Shown here: positions 35,385 to 47,100 of the stretch, one piece after another
Layout of the letters: each line of letters opens with the position of its first letter
Position numbering within the stretch: position 1 is the stretch's first letter
Assembly: GCF_963921235.1 (NCBI RefSeq)
Contig: NC_086108.1
Location: forward strand, 96,784,001 to 96,848,000
Reading direction: 5' to 3'
Origin: Mobula hypostoma
Taxonomy: Eukaryota
Length of the DNA stretch: 64,000 bases
Program-made: the position numbers and the translations under genes
The notes under the pieces: model-generated
Database searches by the model: none
What the model saw: only the letters and a program-made list of their open reading frames with translations
What the model was told of the DNA's origin: nothing

Positions 35385-35670
35385 TGTAGCGGTGTGCTAC
35401 ACACAGCGCTAGAATGACCACACGGAGTCGGTGAGTTAGAGTTGCGATGAAAGAGATTTATTCAAACTTCGCGGCCTGCTTTAAAGCCTTCCCGTTCCCA
35501 CCCTCCCTGGGGTGGGCTTGCTGTGGGGAATGCATATTCCCAGATCCTTTCCACGTGTGGGATTTTCCCCCTGCTGGTGCAGATGGTCTGGCGCCCTTTT
35601 TGGGGCCGGCCCTCTGCCTGCGCGTGCTGTTGTGAGCCGGTTCGCGGGTGCCAGAAAGTGGGTCACCACA
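35385..35670 (-). repeat. 3' LTR
   Basis: Direct repeat of 39380-39665; G-rich PPT on the minus strand at about 35674-35689. Confidence 0.95.
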
Positions 35671-38660
35671 TAATCCCCCCCGCCCCCCCAGAACCGGCGA
35701 TACCTCCCCCAATGTCCACAGTCTGGATCGGCCTCTGTTTGGGTGGTCTGCCGCGGTGCCTGAGCCTGGACCGGCTGCGCCAAGTCCACATGGGCCGGTT
35801 TGAGTCGGTCCACTGTGAAAACCTCCTCTCTCCCCCCAATGTCTAGCACGAACGTGGACCCGTTGTTCCTGATCACCTTAAACGGCCCCTCGTAGGGCCG
35901 CTGTAGCGGTGCCTGGTGTCCGCCCCGTCGTACAAAAAGAAACTTACAGTTCTGCAGGTCTTTGGGTACGCAGGTCGGGCTCTGTCCGTGCTGTGAAGTG
36001 GGGATGGGGGCCAGGTTACCGAGCCTCTCCTGTAGTCTGTCCAGGACTGCTGTGGGTTCTTCCTCTTGCCCCCTTGGGGCTGGTGTGAACTCTCCTGGGA
36101 CTACCAGGGGTGCACCGTACACCAACTCGGCCGACGAGGTGTGCAGATCCTCCTTGGGCGCCGTGCGGATTCCGAGCAGGACCCAGGGAAGCTCGTCCAC
36201 CCAGTTAGGCCCCTCCAGGCAGGCCATGAGAGCCGATTTCAGGTGACGGTGAAAGTGCTCCACTAGTCTGTTCGACTGTGGGTGGTAGGCAGTTGTGTGG
36301 TGTAGCTGCGATCCTAAAAGGTTGGCCATAGCCGACCACAGGCTGGAGGTGAACTGGGCGCCTCTGTCGGAGGTAATGTGGGCCGGTACCCCGAAGCGGG
36401 CTACCCAGGTTGCGATCAGTGCTCGGGCACAGGATTCGGAGGTGGTGTCAGTGAGTGGGACTGCCTCTGGCCATCTGGTGAACTGGTCTATCATAGTTAG
36501 TAGGTACCGCGCTCCTCGTGATACTGGCAGGGGCCCCACGATATCCACATGGATGTGGTCGAACCTCCGGCGGGTGCGTTCGAACCGCTGCGGCGGAGCC
36601 TTGGTATGCCGCTGCACCTTGGCCGTTTGGCACTGCATGCACGTTTTGGCCCATTCACTGACCTGCTTACGAAGTCCATGCCACACGAACCTGTTGGAGA
36701 CCAGCCGGACGGTTGTCCTGATGGAGGGGTGCACTAAGTTGTGAATGGACTCGAAAACCCGCCGGCGCCAGGCTGCTGGGACGACGGGGCGGGGTTGGCC
36801 GGTAGCTACGTCACATAGTAGGGTCCTCTCACCTGGGCCTACAGGGAGGTCTTGAAGCTGTAAACCGGAGACTGCAGTCCTGTAACTGGGGATCTTAGTG
36901 TCTGCTTGCTGTGCCTCTGCCAGCGCTGCATAGTCCACCCCCTGGGACAGGGCCTGTATGGTAGGTCTGGAAAGTGCGTCCACCACGACGTTGTTCTTTC
37001 CAGAGACATGCCGGATGTCCGTCATGTACTCAGAGATGTAGGACAGATGTCGCTGCTGGCGGGACGACCAGGGGTCGGACACCTTAGTGAACGCAAAGGT
37101 AAGCGATTTGTGGTCTGTGAACGTGGTGAAGGGCCTACCTTCTAAGAAGTACCTGAAATGCCGGATTGCCAGGTATAGTGCCAATAGCTTCCGGTCGAAA
37201 GCACTGTATTTGAGTTCAGGTGGTCGTAGGTGTTTGCTGAAGAACGCCAGGGGTTGCCAGCGACCCTCGATGGGTTGTTCCAGCACTCCACCGACTGCTA
37301 TGTTGGATGCGTCCACCGTGCGGGCAGTAGGAACGTCTGTTTTGGGGTGCACTAGCATCGCGGCATTTGCCAAGGCTTCTTTGGTTTTAACGAAAGCGGT
37401 CGCAACCTCTTCGTCCCAGGTAATGTCCTTGCCCTTACCCGACATTAGAGTGAACAGGGGGCGCATGGTTCGGGCTGCTGAGGGGAGGAAACGGTGGTAG
37501 AAATTCACCATACCCACGAATTCCTGCAGGCCTTTGATTGTGTTGGCTCGGGGGAAGTTGTGGACCGCGTCTACCTTGGCGGGCAGCGGGTTTGCCCCAT
37601 CTTTAGTAATCCTGTGGCCCAGGAAGTCGATGGTGTCGAGTCCGAACTGGCATTTGGCTGGGTTGATTGTAAGGCCGAATTCGCTCAGGCGGGAGTAGAG
37701 CTGGCGGAGGTGGGACAGATGCTCCTGCCGACTACTGCTTGCTCTGAGGATGTCGTCCAAATAGATGAATACAAAGTCCAGGTCGCGTCCCACCACGTCC
37801 ATTAGCTGCTGGAAAGTCTGTGCGGCATTCTTTAGCCCAAACGGCATTCGGAGGAATTCGAAAAGTCCGAACAGGGTGGTAAGTGCTGTTTTGGGGATGT
37901 CGTCTGGATGTACAGGGATTTGGTGGTATCCCTGGACGAGGTCTACCTTGGAAAAGATCCTTGCGCCGTGTAGGTTTGCTGCGAAGTCTTGAATGTGCGG
38001 CACAGGGTAGCGGTCTGGCGTTGTAGCTTCGTTCAGTCTACGGTAGTCACCGCATGATCTCCAGCCCCCCGTTGCCTTGGGCACCATGTGAAGGGGGGAG
38101 GCCCATGGGCTGTTGGAACGTTGTATGATCCCCAATTCCTCCATCTTCTTGAACTCCTCCTTCGCCAGTCGGAGCTTGTCCGGGGGAAGCCTTCGAGCAC
38201 GGGCGTGGAGGGGTGGTCCCTGGGTCGGGATGTGGTGCTGTACTCTGTGTCTGGGCATGGCTGCCGTGAACTGCAGTGTCAGTACTGATGGGAAATCCGC
38301 CAGGACTCTGGTGAATTCGTCGTCGGACAGCGTGATGGAGTCCAGGTGTGGGGCTGGCAACTGTGCTTCACCCAGGGAGAACGTTTGAAAAGTCTTGGCG
38401 TGGACTAATCGTTTCCCTTGCAGGTCGACCAGCAGGCTGTGGGCTCGTAGAAAATCCGCCCTCAGGAGTGGTTGGGCCACGGCGGCCAGTGTGAAGTCCC
38501 ATGTGAACCGGCTGGAGCTGAACTGTAGCCGCACCGTGCGGGTGCCGTAGGTTCGTATTGTGCTGCCATTTGCGGCCCTCAGGGTGGGTCCCGGTTCTCT
38601 GTTGCGGGTATCATAACTCGTTGGAGGTAAGACGCTGATCTCCGCTCCAGTGTTGACCAA
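35481..38660 (-). CDS. pol: Gypsy Pol (protease-RT-RNase H-integrase), likely inactive
   Basis: LVNTGA (D->N at the protease DTG site), [33 protein letters not shown] zinc finger, HVDIVGP / TSDRGAQF integrase core, PYEGPF. Confidence 0.93.
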   Translation of the reverse strand: MVNTGAEISVLPPTSYDTRNREPGPTLRAANGSTIRTYGTRTVRLQFSSSRFTWDFTLAAVAQPLLRADFLRAHSLLVDLQGKRLVHAKTFQTFSLGEAQLPAPHLDSITLSDDEFTRVLADFPSVLTLQFTAAMPRHRVQHHIPTQGPPLHARARRLPPDKLRLAKEEFKKMEELGIIQRSNSPWASPLHMVPKATGGWRSCGDYRRLNEATTPDRYPVPHIQDFAANLHGARIFSKVDLVQGYHQIPVHPDDIPKTALTTLFGLFEFLRMPFGLKNAAQTFQQLMDVVGRDLDFVFIYLDDILRASSSRQEHLSHLRQLYSRLSEFGLTINPAKCQFGLDTIDFLGHRITKDGANPLPAKVDAVHNFPRANTIKGLQEFVGMVNFYHRFLPSAARTMRPLFTLMSGKGKDITWDEEVATAFVKTKEALANAAMLVHPKTDVPTARTVDASNIAVGGVLEQPIEGRWQPLAFFSKHLRPPELKYSAFDRKLLALYLAIRHFRYFLEGRPFTTFTDHKSLTFAFTKVSDPWSSRQQRHLSYISEYMTDIRHVSGKNNVVVDALSRPTIQALSQGVDYAALAEAQQADTKIPSYRTAVSGLQLQDLPVGPGERTLLCDVATGQPRPVVPAAWRRRVFESIHNLVHPSIRTTVRLVSNRFVWHGLRKQVSEWAKTCMQCQTAKVQRHTKAPPQRFERTRRRFDHIHVDIVGPLPVSRGARYLLTMIDQFTRWPEAVPLTDTTSESCARALIATWVARFGVPAHITSDRGAQFTSSLWSAMANLLGSQLHHTTAYHPQSNRLVEHFHRHLKSALMACLEGPNWVDELPWVLLGIRTAPKEDLHTSSAELVYGAPLVVPGEFTPAPRGQEEEPTAVLDRLQERLGNLAPIPTSQHGQSPTCVPKDLQNCKFLFVRRGGHQAPLQRPYEGPFKVIRNNGSTFVLDIGGREEVFTVDRLKPAHVDLAQPVQAQAPRQTTQTEADPDCGHWGRYRRFWGGGGDYVVTHFLAPANRLTTARAGRGPAPKRAPDHLHQQGENPTRGKDLGICIPHSKPTPGRVGTGRL

Positions 38661-39339
38661 AAAGCGGCGTCCCGACTGCTTGTCCCAGACGTACAGGAGG
38701 CTGTCCTAATGGCCAGCCGCCGTAGCCATCAGCGGCGGCTGGCCCTGGCGTTTCCCGGGAATTTGCAGGGTGGTCTGCAGCGGCGGGTTTGGTCTGTCGT
38801 TGGGCACGCGGCTTGGTGATCTGTGCGATGGGCGCCCCTCTCTCTTTCCTGGCATTCCACAGCACATCTGCTCGGGCCGCCACTTCCCGGGGGTCACTGA
38901 AATCTGCGTCGGACAGCAGCAGGCATATGTCCTCGGGCAGTTGCTCTAGGAACGCCTGCTCAAACATGAGGCAGGGTTTGTGTCCTTCAGCCAGGGCCAG
39001 CATCTCGTTCATTAATGCTGACGGCGGCCTGTCTCCCAAACCATCCAGGTGCATTAAGCGGCGTGCTCGTTCGCGCCATGAGAGTCCGAAAGTCCTTATG
39101 AGTAGGGCTTTGAATGCTGTGTATTTGCCGTCCTGCGGGGGCGACTGTATAAACTCCTCAACTTGTGCAGCTGTCTCCTGGTCGAGGGAGCTCAGCACGT
39201 AGTAGTAGCGAGTGGACTCCGAGGTTATCTGCTGAATGTGGAATTGAGCTTCTGTTTGTTTGAACCATAAATGGGGTCGCAGCATCCAGAAGCTTGGCAG
39301 TTTTAACGAAACTGCGTGAACAGATGCGGCGTCGGTCAT
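38611..39339 (-). pseudogene. gag: Gypsy Gag with a 3' deletion and frameshift
   Basis: MTDAASVHAVSLKLPSFW..PHLWF.Q.EAQF...LGDRPPSALMNEM; the upstream half of the Cys/His motif is missing and RRCRPPCKFPGN lies in another frame. Confidence 0.85.
38711..38756 (-). promoter_or_regulatory. -1 programmed ribosomal frameshift signal
   Basis: Minus-strand G GGA AAC (38756-38750), 5-nt spacer, then a perfect 12-bp stem GGCCAGCCGCCG / CGGCGGCTGGCC with a 10-nt loop; the -1 frame is the pol frame. Confidence 0.82.
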
Positions 39340-39363
39340 CTCTGGTCCAAATGTCGTTTGGGC

Positions 39364-39377
39364 CGTCGGGGTTACCA
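39364..39377 (-). promoter_or_regulatory. Primer-binding site, tRNA-Trp type
   Basis: TGGTAACCCCGACG, 2 nt inside the 5' LTR; one mismatch to the complement of the tRNA-Trp 3' end (TGGTGACCCCGACG). Confidence 0.8.
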
Positions 39378-39379
39378 AC

Positions 39380-39665
39380 TGTAGCGATGTGCTACACACA
39401 GCGCTAGAATAACCACATGGAGTCAGTGAGTTAGAGTTGCGATGAAAGAGATTTATTCAAACTTTGCGGCCTGCTTTAAAGCCTTCCCGTTCCCGCCCTC
39501 CCTGGGGCGGGACTGCTGTGGGGAATGCGTATTCCCAGACCCTTTCCGCGCGCGGGATTTGCCCCCTGCTGGTGAAGATGGCCTGGCGCCCTTTTTGGGG
39601 CCGGCCCTCTGCCTGCGCACGCTGTTGTGAGCCGGTTCGTGTGTGCTAGAAGGTGGGTCGCCACA
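39380..39665 (-). repeat. 5' LTR
   Basis: 286 bp; about 24 substitutions and no indels versus the 3' LTR by manual count; AATAAA on the minus strand. Confidence 0.95.
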
Positions 39666-40986
39666 GTAATTCTTCCAGTTTGGTGAAAGTCATAGAGCTA
39701 CAAAGAGTGAAACAGCGCAGGAATAGGCCCCTCGGTTCACAATGGCCATGGTAGTCTTTTGCGCAACTTACCACCGTGCTTTATTATTTATTTTAAGTTG
39801 ATTTTTTTTGTTTCTTCATTTTTTCCCTTGCATGTTTGGGCTTTTATATTTAGTATTTTGATAATCCTTTATTAATTAAATTAAGCAATCAGTTTGCCCT
39901 TTGTGGGCCTTATGTATATCTGTCTAGGCTTGTACATCTTTAAAAACCACTATAATAATTTTAGCTTAGTTATTTTTTTGGAAGTTCATTTACTTGATCG
40001 TAGTAATTAAGGAAAAACCTCAACCAGCCAAGTCATGGTTTTTAATTGGACCCTTTATCAGACAAATGGGAATTTTGGGGAATTGCAAGATATTTTCTTT
40101 CAATGTACTTTCATTTTTATAGTAAAATGTTAACAGCATATTCAAATTACTCAGATTTTAGGAATGAGTAAATTAAAAAAGGATTGAGGAGAGGTTTTCC
40201 TTTTTTTGGTTGTAAATTTTGGTTGTAATCATGACTGGAATATAGGTGATAAGTGGCTAATACACTCATTTGTTTCTAAAAGGGTTTATGTAACAAATTT
40301 AATATTAAACACTCAGCGCATATTTTCCTCGCATGAATATAATGATAAGTCAATTATCAGGGGAGGACGGGAGCTTGAATTAAGTGTTGAATGAACTTGC
40401 AGTATAAGTGGCAGAAACAGGTTCGATATTATCATTTAAAGAAAAATTGGATAGGTATATGGACAGGAAAGGAATGGAGGGTTATGGGCTGAGTGCAGGT
40501 CGGTGGGACTAGGTGAGAGTAGCGTTCGGCTTGACTAGAAGGGCCGCGATTGCCTGTTTCCGTGCTGTAATTGTTATATGGTTATATAAGTCACTTACAA
40601 GTCAATAGCATCATAGCATTTTAAGTAACGTTTCGATATTAAACACACAGCACATATTTTCCCCGTATGAACATATAAAATCATTGCAACACACCAATAT
40701 CGCTGAATCAGTGGGAGCCCTGGGCTTGTTTTCCTGCAACAACACGGTCCTATCGAGCGGTGATGGGAGACACTGATACTCGAAGGGGGTTCCTTATGTC
40801 CAGTCTATTCTGCAATTTAGTTTTCGTTGCATTCATTGCAGAAAAATGTTGAAAATGGAAGCAACGTTTTCAGTGCTTTCATGGCTATCTCTGAATATTT
40901 AGCCTTGACCTTGATCCAGAATGCCGGCAGAGATGTTATGTGACACATACTTTTCAGCCCGCCGTCATTTGCAAGCTCGAGGAGTT

Positions 40987-43343
40987 AGAAACATAGAAAC
41001 ATAGAAAATAGGTGCAGGAGTAGGCCATTCGGCCCTTCGAGCCTGCACCGCCATTTATTATGATCATGGCTGATCATCCAACTCAGAACCCAGCCTTCCC
41101 TCCATACCCCGTGACCCCTGTAGCCACAAGGGCCATATCTAACTTCCTTTTAAACATAGCTAATGAACTGGCCTCAACAGTTTGCTGTGGCAGAGAATTC
41201 CACAGATTCACCACTCTCTGTGTGAAGAAGTTTTTCCTAACCTCGGTCCTAAAAGGCTTCCCCTCTATCCTCAAACTGTGACCCCTCGTTCTAGACCTCC
41301 CCAACATCGGGAACAATCTTCCCGCATCTAGCCTGTCCAATCCCTTTAGGATCTTATACGTTTCAATCAGATCCCCCCTCAATCTTCTAAATTCCAACGA
41401 GTACAAGCCCAGTTCATCCAGTCTTTCTTCATATGAAAGACCTGCCATCCCAGGAATCAATCTGGTGAACCTTCTTTGTACTCCCTCTATGGCAAGGATG
41501 TCTTTCCTCAGATTAGGGGACCAAAACTGCACACAATACTCCAGGTGTGGTCTCACCAAGGCCTTGTACAACTGCAGTAGTACCTCCCTGCTCCTGTACT
41601 CGAATCCTCTCGCTATAAATGCCAGCATACCGTTCGCCTTTTTCACCGCCTGCTGTACCTGCATGCCCACTTTCAATGACTGGTGTATAATGACACCCAG
41701 GTCTCGTTGCACCTCCCCTTTTCCTAATCGGCCACCATTCAGATAATAATCTGTTTTCCTATTTTTGCCACCAAAGTGGATAACTTCACATTTATCCACA
41801 TTAAATTGCATCTGCCATGAGTTTGCCCACTCACCCAACCTATCCAAGTCACCCTGCATCCTCTTAGCATCCTCCTCACTGCTAACACTGCCACCCAGCT
41901 TCGTGTCATCCGCAAACTTGGAGATGCTGCATTTAATTCCCTCATCCAAGTCATTAATATATATTGTAAACAACTGGGGTCCCAGCACTGAGCCTTGCGG
42001 TACCCCACTAGTCACCGCCTGCCATTCTGAAAAGGTCCCGTTTATTCCCACTCTTTGCTTCCTGTCTGCTAACCAATTCTCCACCCACACCAATACCTTA
42101 CCCCCAATACCATGTGCTTTAAGTTTGCACACTAATCTCCTGTGTGGGACCTTGTCAAAAGCCTTTTGAAAATCCAAATATACCACATCCACTGGTTCTC
42201 CCCTATCCACTCTACTAGTTACATCCTCAAAAAATTCTATGAGATTCGTCAGACATGATTTTCCTTCCACAAATCCATGCTGACTTTGTCCGATCATTTC
42301 ACCGCTTTCCAAATGTGCTGTTATCACATCCTTGATAACTGACTCCAGCAGTTTCCCCACCACCGACGTTAGGCTAACCGGCCTATAATTCCCCGGTTTC
42401 TCTCTCCCTCCTTTTTTAAAAAGTGGGGTTACATTAGCCACCCTCCAATCCTCAGGAACTAGTCCAGAATCTAACGAGTTTTGAAAAATTATCACTAATG
42501 CATCCACTATTTCTTGGGCCACTTCCTTAAGCACTCTGGGATGCAGACCATCTGGCCCTGGGGATTTATCTGCCTTCAATCCCTTCAATTTACCTAACAC
42601 CACTTCCCTACTAACATGTATTTCGCTCAGTTCCTCCATCTCACTGGACCCTCTGTCCCTTACTATTTCTGGAAGATTATTTATGTCCTCCTTAGTGAAG
42701 ACAGAACCAAAGTAATTATTCAATTGGTCTGCCATGTCCTTGCTCCCCATAATCAATTCACCTGTTTCTGTTTGCAGGGGACCTACATTTGTCTTTATCA
42801 GTCTTTTCCTTTTTACATATCTATAAAAGCTTTTACAGTCCGTTTTTATGTTCTCTGCCAGTTTTCTCTCATAATCTTTTTTCCCCTTCCTAATTAAGCC
42901 CTTTGTCCTCCTCTGCTGAACTCTGAATTTCTCCCAGTCCTCAGGTGAGCCACTTTCTCTGGCTAATTTGTATGCTACTTCTTTGGAATTGATACTATCC
43001 CTAATTTCTCTTGTCAGCCACGGGTGCACTACCTTCCTTGATTTATTCTTTTGCCAAACTGGGATGAACAATTGTTGTAGTTCATCCATGCAACCTTTAA
43101 ATGCCTGCCATTGCATATCCACCGTCAATCCTTGAAGTGTCATTTGCCAGTCTATCTTAGCTAATTCATGTCTCATACCTTCAAAGTTACCCCTCTTTAA
43201 GTTCAGAACCTTTGTTTCTGAATTAACTACGTCACTCTCCATGTTAATGAAGAATTCCACCATATTATGGTCACTCTTACCCAAGGGGCCTCTCACGACA
43301 AGATCGCTAATTAACCCTTCCTCATTGCTCAAAACCCAGTCCA
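40987..43343 (-). mobile_element. Young CR1 LINE, 5'-truncated
   Basis: (CTATGTTT)n tail at 40987-41008; flanked by duplicated GAGTT (40982-40986, 43344-43348). Confidence 0.96.
41083..43332 (-). CDS. CR1 ORF2 fragment (end of APE endonuclease + RT), 749 aa uninterrupted
   Basis: LGKSDH, KSPGPDG, NYRPVSLTS, YLDFQKAFDKV, GVPQGSVLGP, FADD, LVRPHLEY. Confidence 0.95.
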   Translation of the reverse strand: MSNEEGLISDLVVRGPLGKSDHNMVEFFINMESDVVNSETKVLNLKRGNFEGMRHELAKIDWQMTLQGLTVDMQWQAFKGCMDELQQLFIPVWQKNKSRKVVHPWLTREIRDSINSKEVAYKLARESGSPEDWEKFRVQQRRTKGLIRKGKKDYERKLAENIKTDCKSFYRYVKRKRLIKTNVGPLQTETGELIMGSKDMADQLNNYFGSVFTKEDINNLPEIVRDRGSSEMEELSEIHVSREVVLGKLKGLKADKSPGPDGLHPRVLKEVAQEIVDALVIIFQNSLDSGLVPEDWRVANVTPLFKKGGREKPGNYRPVSLTSVVGKLLESVIKDVITAHLESGEMIGQSQHGFVEGKSCLTNLIEFFEDVTSRVDRGEPVDVVYLDFQKAFDKVPHRRLVCKLKAHGIGGKVLVWVENWLADRKQRVGINGTFSEWQAVTSGVPQGSVLGPQLFTIYINDLDEGIKCSISKFADDTKLGGSVSSEEDAKRMQGDLDRLGEWANSWQMQFNVDKCEVIHFGGKNRKTDYYLNGGRLGKGEVQRDLGVIIHQSLKVGMQVQQAVKKANGMLAFIARGFEYRSREVLLQLYKALVRPHLEYCVQFWSPNLRKDILAIEGVQRRFTRLIPGMAGLSYEERLDELGLYSLEFRRLRGDLIETYKILKGLDRLDAGRLFPMLGRSRTRGHSLRIEGKPFRTEVRKNFFTQRVVNLWNSLPQQTVEASSLAMFKRKLDMALVATGVTGYGGKAGF

Positions 43344-43865
43344 GAGTTGATCTCCTTCCCGAGCTGTCATGGATGACACATGGGTAATGACCTTGCGTGC
43401 GTAATGGCTGAACAGTGGGCGTGACGGAATGAAGAAAGGTGTAGCTGATTCATATCGCCAAATCATATCGTTTCCTCGCGGCCCAGTAGCACATGCTTTG
43501 CGGCCCAGTATCGGTCCGTGGCCCGGTGGTTGGGGACTGCCGATGTAAGGCTTCTGAGTGAATGATTACCTGTCTTATAATATCATCAGCTGCTCTTTTA
43601 AGCTTCTAAGACTGATCTAAACCTTCCCCCACCCTGCCCCCTCACAGCTGTCTTGTTTTATGGGAAAATTGACATCTCTTGGCAAAGTTGTACAGGACAT
43701 CTAAATTTCAGGGTGGGGGCCAAATTATGGATAATATAATTCTAAAAATAAGAGTTATAGAGTCATACAGCATAGAAACAGGCCCTTCCACCTAACCCGT
43801 CTATGACAGCCATGGTGTCTACTTCAGCTAGACCTGTTTTCCCCATTTGGCCCTCTATCCATCTA

Positions 43866-46026
43866 AACAAGGAAATAAGGTGAGAGAGAGGGAAAAAGGG
43901 GATGAGGAATGGTGATGGCGGGGGGGGGGAGGGGGTGGTTGTTGGTGGTGGCAGTGCCATTACTGGAAGTTCAAAAAGTTGATGTTCATGCCATCAGGTT
44001 GGAGGCTACTCAGACGGAATATATGGTGGTGTTCCTCCAACCTGAGTGTGGCCTATCACAACAGTGGAGGAGGCCATGTATAGACATATTGGAATGGGAA
44101 GTGGAATTAAAATGGGTGGCCACTGGGAAATCCTGCTTTTTCTGGTGGATGGAGCATAGGTGCTTGAAGTGGTCTCCCAGTCTACGTCGGATCTCATTGA
44201 TATACAGGAGGCCACACTGGGAGCACCGGACACAGTATATGACCCCCAACAGACTCACAGCTGAAATGTAGCCTCACCTGGAAGAACTGTTTGGGGCTCT
44301 GAATGATAGGGCGGAGGTGTGGGGGCAGGTGCGAGTTGCGTAGGGAGCGATCTCTGCAGAAAGTGGTGGGAGGACGGAAAGATGTGCTTGGTGGTGGGAT
44401 CCCTTCGGAGAGGGCGGAAGTTAAATTGTGTGCTGGACGTGGAGGCTGGCAGGGTGGTAGGTGAGGACAAGAGGAACTCTATGCCTTGTATTGCGGTGGG
44501 AGGATGGGGTGAGAGTAGACGTGCATGAGATGCGGCTGAGGGTGTGTTGATGGTGGAGGAAGGGAAGCCCCTTTCTTTCAAAAAGGAGGACATCTCCTTT
44601 GTTCTGGAATGAAAAGCCTCATCCTGAGAGCAGATGCGGCAGAGACGGAGGAATTGAGAAATGGGGATGGCATTCTTACAAGTAATGGAGTGGGAGGGGG
44701 TATAGTCCAGGTATCTGTGAGAGTCCGTGGGTTTGTAATAGACATCAGTAGATAAGCTGTCTCCAGAGATATATACAGAGAGATTGAGAAAGGGGAGCGA
44801 GGTGTTGGAAATGGGCCAGGTAAATTTGAATGCAGGGTGGAAGTTGGAGGCAAAGTGGATGAAGTCAACAAGTTCCGCATGGGTGCAGGAAGCAGCACTC
44901 ATGCAGTCGTCAATGTAGAGTAGGAGAAGTGCAGGACATCCACTATTGTAGGCTGTTCCATGTAGCTGACCAAACAGGTAGACATAGCTGGGACCCATAT
45001 GAGTGCTCATGGCTACCCATTTTGTTTGAAGGAAGTGGGAGGAGCAGAAGGAAAAATTATTAAGAGTAAGGACAAGTTCTACTAGGCGGAGGAGCGTGGT
45101 GGTGGAGGGGAACTAGTTGGGTCTGGTATCCAGAAAGAAATGGAGGGTTATAAGGCCTTTTTAGTGGGGAATGGATGTTTATAGGGACTGGACATCAGTA
45201 GTAAAGTAAGATGATGAGGGCCAGGGAAACTGAAATCATTGAAAAGATCCAGAGCATGTGAAATATCATGGATGTAGGTAGGAAGGGACTGAACTGGGGG
45301 GGAGGGGGAATGAGTTCAGTGGGACAGGAACAAGCTGAAACAATGGGTCTACTTGGACAAATGGGTTTGTGAACCTAGGATAGGAGGTGGAAACGGTGAG
45401 GGGTGCAGGGTGTGGGAACTATGAGGTTGGTGGCAGTGAATGGGAGATCACTGAGCTAATAAGGTTGGTGATGGTTTGGGAGACAATGCCTTGGTGCTCC
45501 TTCGTGGCATCCTTTTTGAGGAATAAATAAGAGAAGGCGCGTTGAGAGTTGTCACTGGGCCTCAGCAAGGTAGAGATCACTACACCAGACTACTAGAGCA
45601 CCCTCCTTGTGTGCAAGTTTGCTGCTGAGGTTAGGAATAGTGTGGAGGGAGTGGAGAGCAGAGCGTTTGGAAGGAGTGAGGTTGGAATTGGAGAGAGGCA
45701 TGTTGAATTTGAGATGACTGATGTCCCGTCAGCAGTTGCCAATGAAAAGGTCCAGAGCAGGTAGAAGACCAGGGCGGGATATCCAGGAAGAGGAGGAGGG
45801 TTGAAGACAGAAGAAGGTGTCATCGGTGTGGGGTGGCGAGTCCTTGCCAAAGAAATAGGTTTGAAGACGGAAATGGTGGAATAAGAGCTTAGCGTCCTGG
45901 CGGGTGCAGGAGGACAAAGGTGAGATGAGGCCTTTACTGAGGACAGAACTTTTGCCTCAGAGAGGGGAAGGTCAGATGGAATGGTGAAGACCCGGCATGG
46001 ATGAGAGCTGGGATCAGAGAGTTTCA
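43866..46026 (-). mobile_element. Penelope-like element, decayed (RT + GIY-YIG)
   Basis: VFTIPSDLPLSEA, MSTHMGPSY, YIDD, VYYKPTDSH.YLDY, VIYCVRCSQCGLLYINE..RRLGDHF..HL, QPDGMNI. Confidence 0.9.
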
Positions 46027-46059
46027 CTAAACTCCATTTTGGTGTTCGATACCCCTACT

Positions 46060-46400
46060 CTGGGAAACAGACTGTGACCATTCACCTTATCTGTGCCCCG
46101 GATGATTTTATAAATCTCTAAGATCACTCTTCTACCTTCTAAGTTGCAAGGGTAAATGTCTCGATCTATCCAGTCTCCTGGAAGCTGAAAACCTCCAGTA
46201 CGGTAAAATTGCCTTGCTTATTTTCTACACCCTTTCCAACTCAATGATAGCCTTCCTATACCGAGGTAACCTGAACTACACACAATATGCCAAGGCCACG
46301 TGCTGCTGTAACATGACATTTCAACATGGCTCTGGTTGATGAGGCAAGCATGCCCAATGCCACCTTCACCACTCTGTCTACTGGTGGCTCCATTTTCAGG
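46060..46400 (-). mobile_element. Old CR1 3' fragment
   Basis: Minus-strand VALAYCV.FRLP.YRKAIIELERV-like remnant. Confidence 0.55.
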
Positions 46401-46804
46401 ACAGTCAATTATATTAGACTCTTTTCTAAAATGTTGCTCAGAGAAAATTAAAAAAATAAAGCCAATTCTTTTCTTTCCTGATAGTAAATGATAGTTTATT
46501 ATTTCTTTGTCTTCCCCTTTCATTCTCTTCTTGTCCCCCCTTTTTTTTCCACCCCTTCCAGTAGATGGCACATAGCCAAGTGAGGATAGAAACTATTAAG
46601 AGTTGTAAGCTGCACTTCAGTTGGTTTATGTGAAAACTTGCACTTTGTAGCAAAGTTGTTCAAGACATCTGAATTTCAGGGCAGAGGACCAAAGTAAGGA
46701 TAATGTAACCTAAGTATGCCTTTCTAAAAGTGTAGTGCTTTGGTTAGATGGCAGATGGTGGATGTTAGTCATGGTAGGGTGCTTTCCAGGGCTGTGGGAT
46801 GTTT

Positions 46805-47100
46805 TGTTTATTTATTTACCTATCCAATCATACAAGCAGTAGGCCCTTCACGCCACCCCAGCAACCCCCCGACAAACCTGATTAACCCTAACCTAATCAC
46901 GGGACAATTTACAATCACCAATTAACCTACCCAGTATGCCTTTGAACTGTGAGAGGAAACCAGAGGACTTGAGGAATACCCGCACATTCCACAGGGAGGA
47001 CATACAGAGAGTCCCCACGGACTTTGCTGGAATTGAACTCCGAACTCCAGAATGCCCCCAGCTGTAATAGCATCGTGCTAATCATTATGCTACCGTGGTG
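46805..47100 (-). mobile_element. V-SINE/HE1-like SINE
   Basis: Minus strand has an A-box-like CACGGTAGCATAATG, a B-box GGAGTTCAATTCC, a V core and a (TAAA)n tail. Confidence 0.82.

Larger units (their letters stand above)
35385..39665 (-). mobile_element. Gypsy/Ty3 LTR retrotransposon, structurally complete
   Basis: Two 286-bp TG..CA LTRs, 4-bp TSD GTAA (35381-35384, 39666-39669), PBS, PPT, gag, and pol in PR-RT-RH-IN order. Confidence 0.97.
40222..43542 (-). mobile_element. Second copy of the Charlie3-like hAT element, one end missing, split by a CR1
   Basis: 40222-40986 and 43344-43542 are reverse-complement homologues of 1484-about 2420; TIR GGTTGGGGACTGCCG followed by ATGTAAGG. Confidence 0.9.

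Noticed and set aside
46882..46896. TAACCCTAACCTAA as an interstitial telomeric repeat
   Set aside because: Too short and is part of the SINE body (similar at about 10957).
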